Assembly: GCF_009914755.1 (NCBI RefSeq)
Contig: NC_060930.1
Length of the DNA: 64,000 nucleotides
Reading direction: 5' to 3' (one strand)
Source of the DNA: the human T2T-CHM13v2.0 reference genome, Homo sapiens
Shown here: positions 1 through 13,500 of the stretch, in pieces
How positions within the stretch are numbered: position 1 is the stretch's first letter
Layout of the letters: each line of letters begins with the position of its first letter
Notes under the pieces: generated by a model
Database searches by the model: none
What the model saw: only the letters and a program-made list of their open reading frames with translations
Told to the model about the DNA's origin: nothing
Program-made: the position numbers and the translations under genes

Positions 1-1761
1 TATGTTTCTCATATGAAACAGTTTCCAGGTACAGAAGTATCATAACAATAACAAAATTAGATTATTTTGTTGCACATCCCAGTTTGGGGAATTTTAGCAG
101 GGCTAACATTCTTCTAAACTAGCTCCAGAGGACTCTAAGGGCTACCTTCCAGGTGATCCTGGGCCTTCTAGTTGTCCCAGAACATCTAACATTTTCCTTT
201 TTCTACTCCTGATGTTGCCTTTGTAGGAGACTAACCAAGAAGTTGCTATGCCTTTATCATTCTCACATTTCCTTTCTCTCTGTGATTCAAGACATATCCT
301 GCTACTCCTCTATTCTACGTCTTAATTTATTGACTTATTTGAGGCAGAGCAAATGCCATCCACCTCTATTTATGTAAGTGGCTGAGAAAGCAACATTGCC
401 CAGATCACTCAGATCTTAAGAACATACCAAAGATGTGGCTCTTTTAGTCTTCTCTGAAGTATCCTCACCTGAGGGCTCAGGAGTAGATCAGGGAGAGCTG
501 GAATAGAAAGTAACCCAAATAGCACACTCTTGTAGTCAACATCAGTTCTCCTCTTGGCTAATGGTCTATTGTTCCAGGCCAAGCTTATATGTTTCCATTC
601 TGGTTCAGAAGATGTTTCTTATAGAATTCTCATTCTTTCATAAAATAAATGACTAGGAGTTGTACCCTAAAAGTCTTCCAGGCATCCTTCGAATTTACAG
701 TGAGTGTAGCTTCCTTCCTTTAATATATTTCAACATATTTCTTTCAACATATTTACTCCCTTGCATATACAGCTGACAGAAAAATAACACTGAAATAAGC
801 CCATTGCCTAGCGATCCTCTAGATATTTAGATTACATAATTTACATCCACAATATTATCCTAGCTGGTTAATACCAGCTAAATCTAGAAAATTGAGCTCT
901 GGTCCCATTCTAAATACTGATCTTCCATACATAATAAACAGAAAAAAAAACCATATAAACTTAACTATAAAGCAAAATAATAAGCTCGATTTCTAAGAAA
1001 AAAATCTATTTCTGACAAAAACTTACTGTAAATATAACTTAAATGCTCACAAGCATTTGGATAACCAATGTATCAATTTACAAAATAGCCCCTGGCTTGC
1101 ATGAGATGAGATCGGATAAAGCACAGAGACAGATATTTTACAGAAGGGTCAGGAAATATTTTTTATTGCCAAACAACTTAAGAATCAGAAAACACTGATA
1201 TGTTTCAGCAGTGTGTGAGGGGAAACATCAAATTGTTTTATTTCTGTGGCAGAAATGGCACAAGACGTCAGATTTATTATTGGACATCCCTAAAAATAAA
1301 TAATATCACAAATTTCTGTAACAATTTGACAAGAAAGGAAGACAAAGCACAGTTTTAAGCTTATGACCCAATACCTCTCTGCTTTTATATATCAATTATT
1401 GTGATACAAGCTTGGTTTTGTGTGTCCTTTGAATAATGTTTTTAGAAACAAAAATATTTTAGAACAACTGTAGTATAAAAGATATTTCTCTTTTCCTCCG
1501 TCTTGTCTTCTTTCTTTCCTTTCTTCCTCCTTTTTTTCTAATTTTCCTTGGTTCTTCCCTTTCACCTTCCCTTTACTCTTTCCTTTTTTTCCTTTCTTGT
1601 TTCCATTTTTTCTACCTTATTAGAGAAAGAACACAAAAAATATGCAAAGGGGATCAGATTGCGTAATTGAAAATGCAAGAAAGATAAAGGAAAAAAATAG
1701 ATATAAGTTTCTGGCTCTGCATAAGAGTGAGTACACATGACCCTGTCTCTCCCAGTGGATG

Positions 1762-2446
1762 TGCAAACCAAAAAGTATGAGACGGGTCTCAATTGATTTA
1801 GAGGTTTATTTTGCCAAGATTGAGGAACTTCCTAGAAAAAAGGAACACAAAACTCATGCTTTTTCCAAAAAAGGATTTGGGGACTTCAGCATTTAAAGGG
1901 AAAAGAGTGGGCAGTAGGAGAAAGAAGAAAGAAAAAATGTGGGAGGGTAGATAAAAGAGTATAGGGTGACATTCTTCTGAGGCTTTGATCAACATACACT
2001 GAATCCATATTTTACAGGTGAAAGGGGGGCGGTAGAGGAATAGTTAACTAGATTTGTGCTCAGTGAATCTGCATTTTTACGTAAAATAAAGTAAACATAC
2101 AGTAGATGAAGCAATCAGATATGCATTTGTCTCAGGTGAGCCTGATCAAGGGATGACTCTCAGTTCTTTCTTTGTCCTGTACCTGTGAAGATAAACTGTT
2201 AAACTATATTGTCAGGGTGAAATTTCAACAGAACTGTTTTAGGATAAAAATCTTGGAGCTCACAAGATATATCCTTGTGAGCAAATTAAGAGGGAGACCC
2301 TCTGAGGAGATATGTAGCCTTCTATCTTTGTAGCTATTTATTTAGGAACAAACTGGGAGGCAGTTTTGTGTGACTCAATTCCTAAGCTTAACTTTTCTCT
2401 TTGGCATAGTGGTTTGAGGTCCTGAGATTTTTATTTTACTTTCACA
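1762..2446 (-). mobile_element. MER4-family (ERV1) solo LTR
   Basis: Minus strand starts TGTGAAAGTAAAATAAAAATCTCAGGACCTCAAACCACTATGCCAAAGAGAAAAGTTAAGC, like the MER4 5' end, and ends ...TACTTTTTGGTTTGCA. Near-TSD GATG (1758-1761) / GATA (2447-2450). Confidence 0.8.
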
Positions 2447-2574
2447 GATACAACCATAATAACCTTGAGATAATGCTTGAAGCAGTAAAGTGAGGACTGG
2501 AAAATAAATCATGGTAGGTGGATTGGTGAGGAGCAGAATTCTAGGTATCACAATACGTGTGGTGTGTGTAGTGT

Positions 2575-2634
2575 TGTCTTGTCTTGTCTTTTAATTCTTT
2601 TCTTTTCTTTTCTTTTCCTTTTCTTTTCTTTTCT
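2575..2634 (+). repeat. (GTCTT)n/(TTTTC)n simple repeat
   Basis: Pentamer repeats visible directly. Confidence 0.85.
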
Positions 2635-3029
2635 AGTGTCCTGAGGCTTCCACTCAACACACGCTAAAACCTCAAAGCAGACATCAGTATCAACAGAGAT
2701 CCTAGAGCAGCTTTTTAGAGCTGACTTGAGGAGAAGGTGAGGGGTCTCTTAATACTAATAGAGAGTGGGGGAAATCTCATTTATTTTTTTTTCCATTCTC
2801 TAGTGCCCCAGTCCCCAATCAATCTTTTGGTGGTAGCAGTAGTGGCAGCAGCAACAACAAAGATACACAGGTATGTAAAACAATAATGAAGGGAGTGGGT
2901 TCTTTCCTTCTGATTAAAACAACTATAATCCCAGGAGAGCAGCATGAAACCACATTTCCCGTGTTTCTCTCTTTCTTTCTCTTTCTTTGCCTACCTCACT
3001 CTTTCTCCTCAAATGCTTCTCTCCAGCAA

Positions 3030-4300
3030 AAAGGCCTTTCACACTAGATGAGTTCTGACTCAGCTTAAATACAGGCAGCATTGCAAATGGGGTTTTCCAG
3101 GGAACCACTAGACAGATCAAGTGATTATAATTTTCTCAGAAGGAGGCACTGAACTAGCTCAAGTTTGGTTCCTCTCCCTCCAGTGGCTTCCAGGCTGCTC
3201 GTTTTCACCATGAATATTGGCTGTTAGTATTTTAGGCTACTGAAAAATCTGAAAATGGGATGGAACTAGGGCTGGTTACAACACCACAAAGCTCATTTTG
3301 CAAAGATGCAATTATGCTGACTATAACAACAGGAGGCAGCCAAATGCCTAGGCAGATAGGTATGAGTATCTGGTGAAGCCCCACCTCCAAGCCAAAGAGA
3401 GTTTAAAGCCTGAAAGCCAAGCTACAAGTTAAATCCTTGGACCAGTTTGAGAACCTATCTTCCTGTTTGACGTGCTTTCCTCTGATTGATCCTCACCCTT
3501 CACCTATTTTACATATACCTACCCTTTCCTAATTAGTTTTCTATGCTGTCCTGCCCACCTTTGATTGGTGTCTTTGCTTTAACCTTTTGTGCATACTCAC
3601 AAACCAATCAGCATGCATTCTCCATCCTGTGCTTATAAAGAACCCAGACTCATTCAGTAGAGGACGAGATGGCTTGACTTCAGGGAAGAGACAACCTGAC
3701 TTCAGGGAAGATGACCTGCACTTTCCAACCCCTCTCCAGTTCCCCTCTCTGCTGACAGCCATTTTCATCACTCAATAAAATTCTCCACCTTTACTATCCT
3801 TCAATTGTCCACATGACTTCATTCTTCTTGAATGTGGGACAAGAACTTGGGACCCACTGAGTGCAAGTACTCAGAAAGGCTGTAACATCAGCCCTTTGCC
3901 CTTGTTGGAGGAAGGTAGCCACCCCACGTGACGCGGCAGCATTGAGCTGCTAAAGGAGCATCGTAACTCCCCCTCTAGGGCTTCAGGGTCACAGGCACCC
4001 TCACCTGGGCACTACTGCATTCCCCTCTAAGTGACACATCTAGTCTCGCTGTGGGCCCTGCATGGAGTTTGCTCCTATGTCAGCACCCAGAGAAGCTGGC
4101 CAGATCCTGCTGAGAAAAATCCTACATCACCGATGCAACCAGTTTTCTTGAACAGATTCTGCCTAAATTGTTACAAGCTTTTGGCTAATTTCTAAAGTTC
4201 TGATCAGGTTGAATTTTATTATATTTGCAAGTTTTTGTTGTTGCTTTTATGGAGGAAGAAATTTTTAGACATCCTTCCCTAACCATTTTCACTAACATCA
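3030..4300 (-). mobile_element. Ancient L1M (L1MD/L1M4-like) 5' fragment interrupted by an LTR
   Basis: 4140-4300 on the minus strand reads GATGTTAGTGAAAATGG...TTCCTCCATAAAAGCAAC...AGAACTTTAGAAATTAGCCAAAAGCTTG, typical of old L1M 5' ends. It continues left of the LTR (GAGCTTTGTGG). Confidence 0.55.
3318..4129 (+). mobile_element. ERV1 solo LTR, LTR9-like (HUERS-P3 group)
   Basis: GGCAGCCAAATGCCTAGGCAGATAGG...CCCCACCTCCAAGCC...GCCAAGCTACAAGTTAAATCC; CCAAT box ~3604, TATAAA ~3634, AATAAA ~3774; ends AAAATCCTACATCA. Confidence 0.7.
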
Positions 4301-6557
4301 CGTAACTAAAGATTTATATCTGCCGTATAATTTAATGTTTTTATTTACTACAATTTGTCTTTTTTCTTTTTTCCCTTTCTCTCTTCCTTCTCCTTTTCCT
4401 TCTCTTCCTCTTTTTCTTTTCTAATTTCTGTTGCTCAGATTGAAATCTCTTCCAATAGCTCAAAATTTACATATGATTTTTTTTCTTCTGGTGGTTACCC
4501 CTAATTTACCAAGAATCCACAATGGGACACTGTTTTTCTGCCCTTTTTCTAAAAGTTTTAAATGTTCATTTCTTTCTCACAAAAAAATGACAAATGTAAC
4601 ACAACTATATCAAACTATTCTTGTCAGCTGACTCCTGTCCCCAGATATTCTCATATAATGTTGTTCACCTGGTGGGACACTAACACTGACTACCTGATTA
4701 AAACTATGCCTATGTAGTCACATGCATCACTGAAAGCTCTAGCCTAAGCCATCCTCTTTGACGTTCTTTCCCACCACCCTCTTCTTTACTCATGGCACTT
4801 GATCACATTAATATTCCAATCTGATGGTGAAACACATTTAGTTCTTTACTCCCTCATGATTTTTACACTTCTTTTTCTTTTTTTCTTCTTCTGTACTTAA
4901 ATATTTTTCACTATACCACTGTTGTCTTACTACATGGTTCTGTTACCTATTTTAATCCTGAGGTCTGACAGTGTTTTTGGAAGGTGGAAATTTCTCCATT
5001 CATTACACTTAGGTAATAGCACCATGTAAACCATAAGATGTTCCATGAGATATAACTGAGCTCTGTGGGTTTAGTTACATCCTGCATGAAATAGACTATT
5101 TCATAGTTACTTTGCTTAAAAGATTATTGTTATCAACATCATGTTTTCAATAAATTTTTGCTTAAAATTAAAATAATATATTTAATTTGTTCTGTATCAC
5201 CAAGATGAATGTCTTATCATATAATAAATCTGATTTCAGCCTCCTAAAATTGGAATAAACATTTTTATGACTTTTCTCCTTAAAATTCTATAAGAAACTG
5301 AAGCATGTATCTTTTTGGGATACAACTTGGTTTTAAATTCCAGACAATATAGATTATTTTCCTCTATTCATGTTTTAAAACTTGATTATGAAACTAGAAC
5401 AAATGCAGCTGACTGATATAGTCCTCTCTTGACAAATGCACACAAACAATAATTAACCTGAACGAGAGATATATAGCTACATCCAGAGAAGATAATTCTT
5501 TCTATATATCAGAGAAATACAAATCCTTCATTATTTAGAGTCATCTCTCTATTTTTTTAAGATCCTGAAAACATTAATTGTAAACACTAATGGGAATTAC
5601 TAGAATGCTCCTAGATACAGAATAAGTTCCAAATTTAGTCTTAGCAGCTGTAAGCAATCATCTAACCGAATTACCTGGAGGAAAATGGAAACAGGGCAGA
5701 TGCTGGCCAATTACCATAAACTAATTGTAGCAAGGCACCTGGTATGGAAAGAAGAGTAAAGCTTTTATTAGGCTGGAAAAAAGAAGCTATTATTTGGGGG
5801 AAATTCAAGCTGTTTCTGTCTACCAGGGGGGAAACTAAAATTTGCCTTCAGGAAAGACTCTCGTATTCTAAAAGGGCCCTTATAGTAATGCAAGCAAGTA
5901 CCTACTTATTATTTTGGGGGAACTTTCATATACAGTGGAGAAGTCTAAATATGGATGCTCCCGAATGAGCTTAATAATATGAACTGAAAATCTTTGACAG
6001 AACTGTGACACATTAGAGTTATAGGTTTGTTTTTTCAAACATGGATTATAACTTCCAATTACATTGAAATTATGACTTGTTCTTGATAGGTCTGTGATTT
6101 TTGTCCAAGAGAATTATTCACAAGAGATCAGAAATACAGATAGTGGAAGGAAATATAAAATATACTTGCCTTGACACTGAAGAGTCTAATTGCAATGTTG
6201 TCATTAAAGGCTGAATAACTTGTATCTGTGAAATGTACCTCAGTGATTATTCTGTCTGGGTCATTGGGAACTATCTCACAGTGATGGATGAGGTATAAGT
6301 TTCTCTGAGAAAGAACAGATATTTTATTGTCAGTCATCCTCAGAAAAGTTTGATTATAGGGCAGAAAATAAAGTGAACATTGAAGTAAGAGAGAAATTAA
6401 TTTCTTTTTTGTTATTGCTGCCTGGGAACATTTTAGCCAATACTCTTGGATGTAGACACATTGGAAGCATTCCTGACTGTTAGAGTTTGCTGACCCTCAA
6501 CTGAAAGCAAAATAAGAACAGAAAGGGATGTAAACTCTTAAAGTATTCCAAGGTCAG

Positions 6558-8873
6558 TGTATGAGTACATTTTCACTCTGCTGATAAAGACATACCCAAG
6601 ACTGGGCAATTTACAAAAGAAAGAGGTTTAATGGACTTACAGTTCCACATGGTTGGGAACTGTAAGTTAACAATTATGGCAGAAGGCAAGGAGGAGCAAG
6701 TCACATCTTACATGAATGGCAGCAGGCAAAAAAAGAGCTTGTGTAGAGAAACTCCCATTTTTAAAACCATCAGATCTAATGAGACCCATTCACTATCATG
6801 AGAACAGCACAGGAAAGACCCACACCCATGATTCAATCATCCCTCTGGGACCCTCCCACAACATATGAGAATTATGGGAGCTAAAAGATGAGATTTGGGT
6901 TGGGACACAGAGTCAAACCATATCATTCCACTCCTGGCCCAAATCATATATCTTATATCTTCACATTTTAATCTTATATTTTATATCCTCACATTTCAAA
7001 ACCAATCATGCCTTCACAACAGTCCCTCAAAGTCTTCACTCATTTTAGGATTAACTCAAAAGTCCACAGTCCAAAGTCTCATCGAGACAAGGCAAGTCCC
7101 TTCTGCCTATGAGACTGTAAAATCAAAAGCAAGTTAGTTACTTCCTAGTTAAAATGGGGGTACAGGCATTGGGTAAATACAGCCATACCAAATTGGAGAA
7201 ATTGGCCAAAATGAAGAGGTTACAGGCCCCATGCAAGTCCATAATCCAGCAGGTTAGTCAAATCTTAAAGCTCCAAAATGATCTCCTTTGATACCATTTT
7301 CCACTTCCAGGTCACACTGATGTAGGAGATGGGCTCCCACGGTCTTGGGCAGCACTGCCCCTTTGGTTTTGCAGGGTGTACCCCCTCCAGGCTGCTTTCA
7401 CAGGCTAGCATTGAGTGTCTGCGGCTTTTCCAGACACATAGTGCAAAGTTGTCAGTGGATCTGCCATTCTGGGGTCTAGAGGATGGTGGCCCTCTTCTCA
7501 CAGCTCTACTAGGTGGTGCCCCAGGGGCTCCCACCCCGTATTTCCCTTCTGCATTGCCCTAGCATAGGTTCTCCATGACAGCCTCGCCCCTACAGCAAAC
7601 TTCTGCCCAGGCATTCAGGTGTTTCTATACATCTGAAATATATGGGGTGGTAACAACACCTCAACTCTTGGCTTCTGTGCACTTGCAGGCTCAATACCAC
7701 GTGGAAGCTGCCAAGACTTGAGGCTTGCATCCTCTGAAGCCATGGCCTGAGCTCTACATTGTCCCCTTTCAGTCATGGCTGGAGCAGCTGGAACTCAGGG
7801 CACCGAGTCCCTAGGCTGCACATAGTACAAGGAACCTAGGCCGGGACCACAAAACCACTTTTTCTTCCCCTGGGCCTGTGATGGGAGGGGCATGCCGCAG
7901 AGGTCTCTGACATGCCCTGGAGACATTTTTCTCATTGTCTTGGTGATTAGCGTTCAATCCTCATTAATTATTGTGAATTTTTGCAGCCAGCTTGAATTTC
8001 TCTTCAGAAAATGGGATTTTCTTTTCTATTGTATTGTCAGGCTGCAAATTTTCCAAACTTTTATGTTCTCCTTCCCTTATAAAACTGAATGCCTTTATCA
8101 GCACCCAAGTCACCTCTGGAATGCTCTGCTGCTTAGAAATTTCTTCCACCAGATACCCTAAATCATCTTTCTCAAGTTCAAAGTTCCACAGATCTCTAAG
8201 GCAAGGACAAAATACTCCCAGTTTCTTTGCTAATACATAACAAGAATCACCTTTGGTCCAGTTCCCAACAATTTCTGCATTTCCATCTGAGACCACCTCA
8301 GCCTGGACATTATTGTCCATATTGCTATCAGCATTTTGGTCAAAGCCATTCCACAAGTCTCTAGGAAGTTCCACACTTTCTCACATTTTCCTGCGTTCCT
8401 CTGAGCCCTCCAAAATGTTTCCACCTCTGCCTGTTACCCAGTTTCAAAGTCACTTCCACATTTTCGGGTATCTTTTCAGCAGCACTCCACTCTGCTGGCA
8501 CCAATTTACTGTATTAGTTTGTTTTCATGCTGCTGATAAAGACATACCCAAGACTGGGCAATTTATAAAAGAAAAGTTTATTGGATTTACAGTTCCATGT
8601 GGCTGGGGAGGCCTTACAATTATGGCAGAAGGCAAGCAGGAGCAAATCACATCTTACGTGGATGGAAGCAGGCAAAAAGAGAGCTTGTGCAGAGAAATTC
8701 CCATTTTTAAAACCATCAGATCTTGTGAGACCCATTCACTATCACAAGAACAGAATGGGAAAGACCCGCCCCCATGATTCAATCATCTCCCTCTGGGTCC
8801 CTCCCACAACATGTGGGAATTATGGGAGCTACAAGATGAGATTTGGATGGGTACACAGAGTCAAACCATATCA
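6558..8873 (-). mobile_element. Full-length THE1A MaLR provirus (LTR 6558-6925, internal 6926-8509, LTR 8510-8873)
   Basis: Two ~365-bp direct LTRs matching the THE1A consensus (TGATATGGTTTGACTCTGTG...ATACA on minus), ~1.6 kb THE1-int, and a perfect TSD GTCAG at 6553-6557 and 8874-8878. Confidence 0.95.
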
Positions 8874-8878
8874 GTCAG

Positions 8879-9296
8879 GTTTGGCCAAGAGGGCCTAAAC
8901 ATTCCCCTCAGCTTGGCTAAACCTTAGACAGGCTTCTTCCTAACTCTAAGTCACTCTTCTCCCTTTTCTTAGAGCATTTTCTTTAGAAAATTTGTGATTG
9001 CCAATTCTTTTTCTGCCTCTTTGTGATATAAATCTTCTTAAAAGTCTCTGACCAGTTTTGTAACAAAGTCTTTCATAGGTCCTTGAGAGCCGTTCCTTTG
9101 AAATGTAATCATCAAGAGAGAGAGCCCCACTTTCTACCAGTTAGTGTGGGAGAATAGAAACCTGACTTAGATTAGCTCCTTGCTCATGGTTTTACAAGAA
9201 CCTTCTGTCATGAAGATGAGAAAAAAAGTTTACTTTTCCTTTGGGTAAGGTCAGTTAGCAAACACAGATAGCCAGTGATCCTTTTCAGTCCCAGAC

Positions 9297-9338
<42 letters not shown>

Positions 9339-9468
9339 CTCTTCTACCATGTCTTTCTGTGGAGTTGAGCTCAGACTGAGCTCTGGTGTTTCTATTCTAT
9401 TGCAATAGCCTTGAAGAAAGTCTTCCTTACTTGTGTAACTTTGTCCACTGCAATTTTTGCTTTTGACA
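8879..9468 (+). mobile_element. Older ERV1 (MER4-group, MER34/MER67-like) LTR
   Basis: CCCTTTTCTTAGAGCATTTTCTTTAGAAAA motif and a 3' end TTGCAATAGCCTTGAAGAAAGTCTTCCTTAC...GCAATTTTTGCTTTTGACA; subfamily uncertain. Confidence 0.6.
9295..9336 (+). repeat. (CA)n microsatellite
   Basis: About 20 CA units with one interruption. Confidence 0.95.
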
Positions 9469-10269
9469 CAGATATTTGAAGAGGCAGGGATTTATAAAAG
9501 TGCCTACCAGTGCCAAAAACACCTTTTATCCAAAATTAACAAAACAGAAATTGTTTCCCATTTTGCGGGGTTATTCTTCCTCTATCCTTGATTGAATAAA
9601 CAATTTTGTCTGTTATTATTAATTTCCTTTCTTTGTAACTGAGGGAGGTAATTTATAAAATAGGTCCATGTTTAGTAGTATAAGAGGGGTATATGAATTT
9701 TGCTAATTCAGGGGGCATACCTATAGTTTGATCATGCCTAAAATTTTCTTAGTAATGTCTTTTCATTTTGTAGTATGTAAGTAGTTAAAGGCATGATAGA
9801 TTTAATTTTTAATTTCATATACTACTCTTATGTGTCTTTGATTATTTTCAGCAAGACATGATATTCTCTATATTTTTAAAAACTGAGATACAGAAATTTT
9901 AAACATTAGGAGGCTCAATGAAATTGCATCATTAAAAATATTTATATTTTTAATAAAGAGCAAAAGAATGCTGCATTTGTTATTTTGTTTGCAAATATAG
10001 TAGAAAAGTACAACATACTAATTTATTTCAGAGAAAATATCTTACAATAGGATTTCAAGTTTGATGACTGAGTATTTAACTCCTCTCTACTGATATATGT
10101 ATAGAAAAAACATAAATTTAAGAGTATAGCATAAGGTGTTAAATAAGATGTAACCTGAATATTGTGGGAACCATATGTGAAAAACATTTGACAAAAACTG
10201 GAAGAAGAGAAGACATAGGAAGAGTGGACATAACAAATAGACAAATTTGTTCAGTGTGAACACAGATGG

Positions 10270-10520
10270 TCAAATTAAAAGAAATGAGTTTAAGTTATAG
10301 GGAAACAGATGGCAGCTCAATCAAGGAAGAAGAAAGGAAGACGAAGAAATTTTTAACAGAATTGTCCAAAAATGGAAAAGGCAGTCTCGAATGTTAGCAA
10401 ATTTTCATACATTTGCTAATGAATTTGACAGAGGTAAAGGTGTTCAAGCAAAGTCTGTATCGCTGCTTATGGAGAAGATTCAAACATTCTGGGTAAGAGA
10501 GTGTTAAACTTACGTTAGCC
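10270..10520 (+). mobile_element. L3/CR1-like (or MIR3) relic
   Basis: CAGAATTGTCCAAAAATGGAAAAGGCAG...AGGTGTTCAAGCAAAG resembles the CR1/L3 3' region. Confidence 0.45.
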
Positions 10521-13500
10521 TTCTAACAACCTCTCAGGCAGTGTTACCCATGCTCATTTGTGCAATTGCCCTGAAACCTTTTCTCCCTGTCTTGGAGACA
10601 GTGATGAAAGATCTTTGGGCCTTGCGTTTCATCTGAGAAAGAAGAAATAGACTTGGGCAATTTAAATGGCTACAGATTTACCATCTCCCTTCTGTGCTCT
10701 CAACTGCATAATTTCATGTCTCTTGTGATATTTTCCATTCCTTTTCTAATTAAGGAGTGCCCTGAAAATGAATTAGTGCAGTACCCATAGTTTGGCAATT
10801 AATCTAAAGAATAATTTAGATTATTCTTTTTAAATAGAATAAGTAGATATCAATTCCCATATGAGCTGCAAGTGGCATGTGCTACCTTTAGAAATGACTA
10901 TTGGTCATACATAAGCCCAGTATATTTGATTGTCAGGTTCACCCAAACCTGATCCTTAGACATGACCCACGTATCCTGTTGTGTTCCTCACTCATCACTC
11001 TCTATTGCAGTTCTCTTCCTTTCCTTTCCTTTCCTTTCTGTTCTTCTCTTTTCACCCTTTTACAAGTTCATACTTTATACCAAGAAAAATATATAAGAAA
11101 CATATTTCTTCCTACATAATATTCCATTTCTGGCTCATTTTCTCCTTCTCTATTTATGCTTCTTCACAATTCCTTATAGCTTTTCCTATACTGGATCTTA
11201 TTTCCTTTCTTTCTACTTTCTATTCTTGAACACTTACTACAACCTTTTAGATACTTAAGGCTAGAAAGTGAAATAAAACATGGCTTCATCTCCCAGGAAG
11301 ATCACAGTGCCTTTTTATTTTCTCTGTCTCCCTTCTGTGAAGAAATAGTTCAAAAAGTTTAGGATGTGAAGAAGCAAGCCTACGAGTAGCAAGGTCTGGG
11401 CTGACATTCTAGTACAACAAGCAGTGATTAGCCCCATGCCTGCCCTATAAAATAATTACTGTTTTTCATGAGAATCATCATTGTGTCTTTCCTCAGAGAA
11501 GTAAGTTCCATGTTGAAAGTACAAGATAATACATTCTGTGCTTAATTAAAAAATTATTTTAGGGTATAGCAGATATGTTAACTTACTGCCTGCCCTGTTC
11601 TTAACTTTTAGATCTTTTTAAGATGACATTTATTTATTAAAATCACTAAGCTTCTTTTTCACTAACATGGTGGATAGCAGCTTTTAGCATGCATCAGCCA
11701 CTTATAAACAGAAAAATGTGCAGAAAAATTAACTCTGAGAGTTTTACTTCAAGAAAGAAGACTGGAATTATTCACCAGAATAGCAAAGGACAACCAGACC
11801 TAGAGAGGAGAAGGTGGGCAAACAGTCCCTATGACAACATTTGGGTAACAGAAGTAAGTGAAACACCAGTATGTGAGAGGGGCAGTCAGTCTCTCTCTGT
11901 GAATCACCTATCCACTAAGAATCTGTGCAACCCAAGCAAAGGGAGAGCACCCTATTTCTCTCAAGCCCTGGAGCTAACTTGGGGAGAGGTGAAAAGATGG
12001 AAAGACCCTGGGGAAAGCTGCAGGCATTTTCCTAGACTCAGGAACAAGAGGAGGATTCCCTTTTTAATCTGGCCTCATACAACATCAGTCATTGTTTGGC
12101 GATCTGACAGTGGCAGCTAAGCAGGCATTTTAATTTCAAGCCAGAGACTACAGAAAGCACGTGTAGGCACAGGCCTCATGAACTCTATTAAACAATTCCA
12201 CAATCAAAGCTACAAAGTAAGTAGCTAGCAAACCTGCAACAGGGACAAAGCCTCACATATCAATATTATCGTTGAATGTAAATGGCCTAAATGCTCCACT
12301 TAAAAGACAGAACGACAAATTAGATGCAAATATAGGACCTTTCCTTCTGTTGTTTTTGTGACCCATCTCACATGTAATGACACTCATAGGCTCAAAGTAA
12401 AGGGATGGAGAAAGACTGTCACTCAAATGGAAAGCCAAAAAGAGCAAGGGCTGCTATTCTTGTATCAGATAAAACAGACTTTAAACCAACAAAAGTGAAA
12501 AAGAACAAAGAAGGACATTACATAATAATAAATGATTCAATTCAACAAGGTTGAAATATCCTAAATTTACACACACCCAAAATTAAAGCACTTGGATTTT
12601 AAAAAATAATAGTAATTGCTTGTAGACCTGAGAAAAGACTTAGATATCCACACAATAGTAGTGGTGGATTTCAACATCCCACTGACAGCATTAGAGAGAT
12701 CATCAAGGCAGAAAACTAACAGAAATTCTGGACTTAAATTTGACATTTGATTGGACCTAATAGACATGTAGAGAATACTCCACCCAACAACCACAAAATA
12801 TACATTATTCTTATCTGCACGTGGAATGTACTCCAAGATTGGCCACATGATTGGTAATAAAGCCTTGATAAATTCAAAAAAATCAAAATCATACGAAGCA
12901 TCTTCTTGGATCACAGTGAAATAAAAATAGAAATCAATACTAAAAGGAATTCTCAAAACCACAAAAATACATGGAAACTAAGCAACTTGCCCTTGAGTGG
13001 CTTTTGGGTAAGGAATGAAATTAAGGCAAAAAAAAAAAAATTTGAAACAAAAGAAAGCGGAGACATAACACACCAAAACCTCTAGGATACGGAAAAAGCA
13101 GTGTTACGTGGAAAGTTTATAGCACAAAACACTTATATCAACAAGATAGAAAAATCTCAAATTAACAACCTAACCTGAAGTTAATAGAACGAAAATAGAA
13201 AAGAAAGTGGAAAAAACAAAAACAACCCAATCTGAAAGCAAGAAGAAGAAAAAAATAACTAAAATCAGAGCAAAATAAAATGAATTTGAGATTAAAAAAC
13301 ATACCAAAACATACATAAATGAAATGAGAAGGTGGCTCTTTGAAATGATAAACAAAATTGACAGACCACTAAATAGATTGACAAAGAGAAAAAAAGAAGA
13401 TCCAAATAAGCATAACCATAAATGATAAAGATGACATCACATCCCATCACACAGAAATACAAAAGATCCTCAGAGACTACTATGAACATATCCATGCACA

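Noticed and set aside
1490-1620. Polypyrimidine tract as a splice acceptor or triplex site
   Set aside because: Irregular TC-rich low complexity, with no clear mirror symmetry or downstream exon.
7964-8777. Longest ORFs (136 aa, 174 aa)
   Set aside because: They lie within THE1A internal/LTR sequence: a decayed MaLR ORF and an antisense read-through, not host genes.
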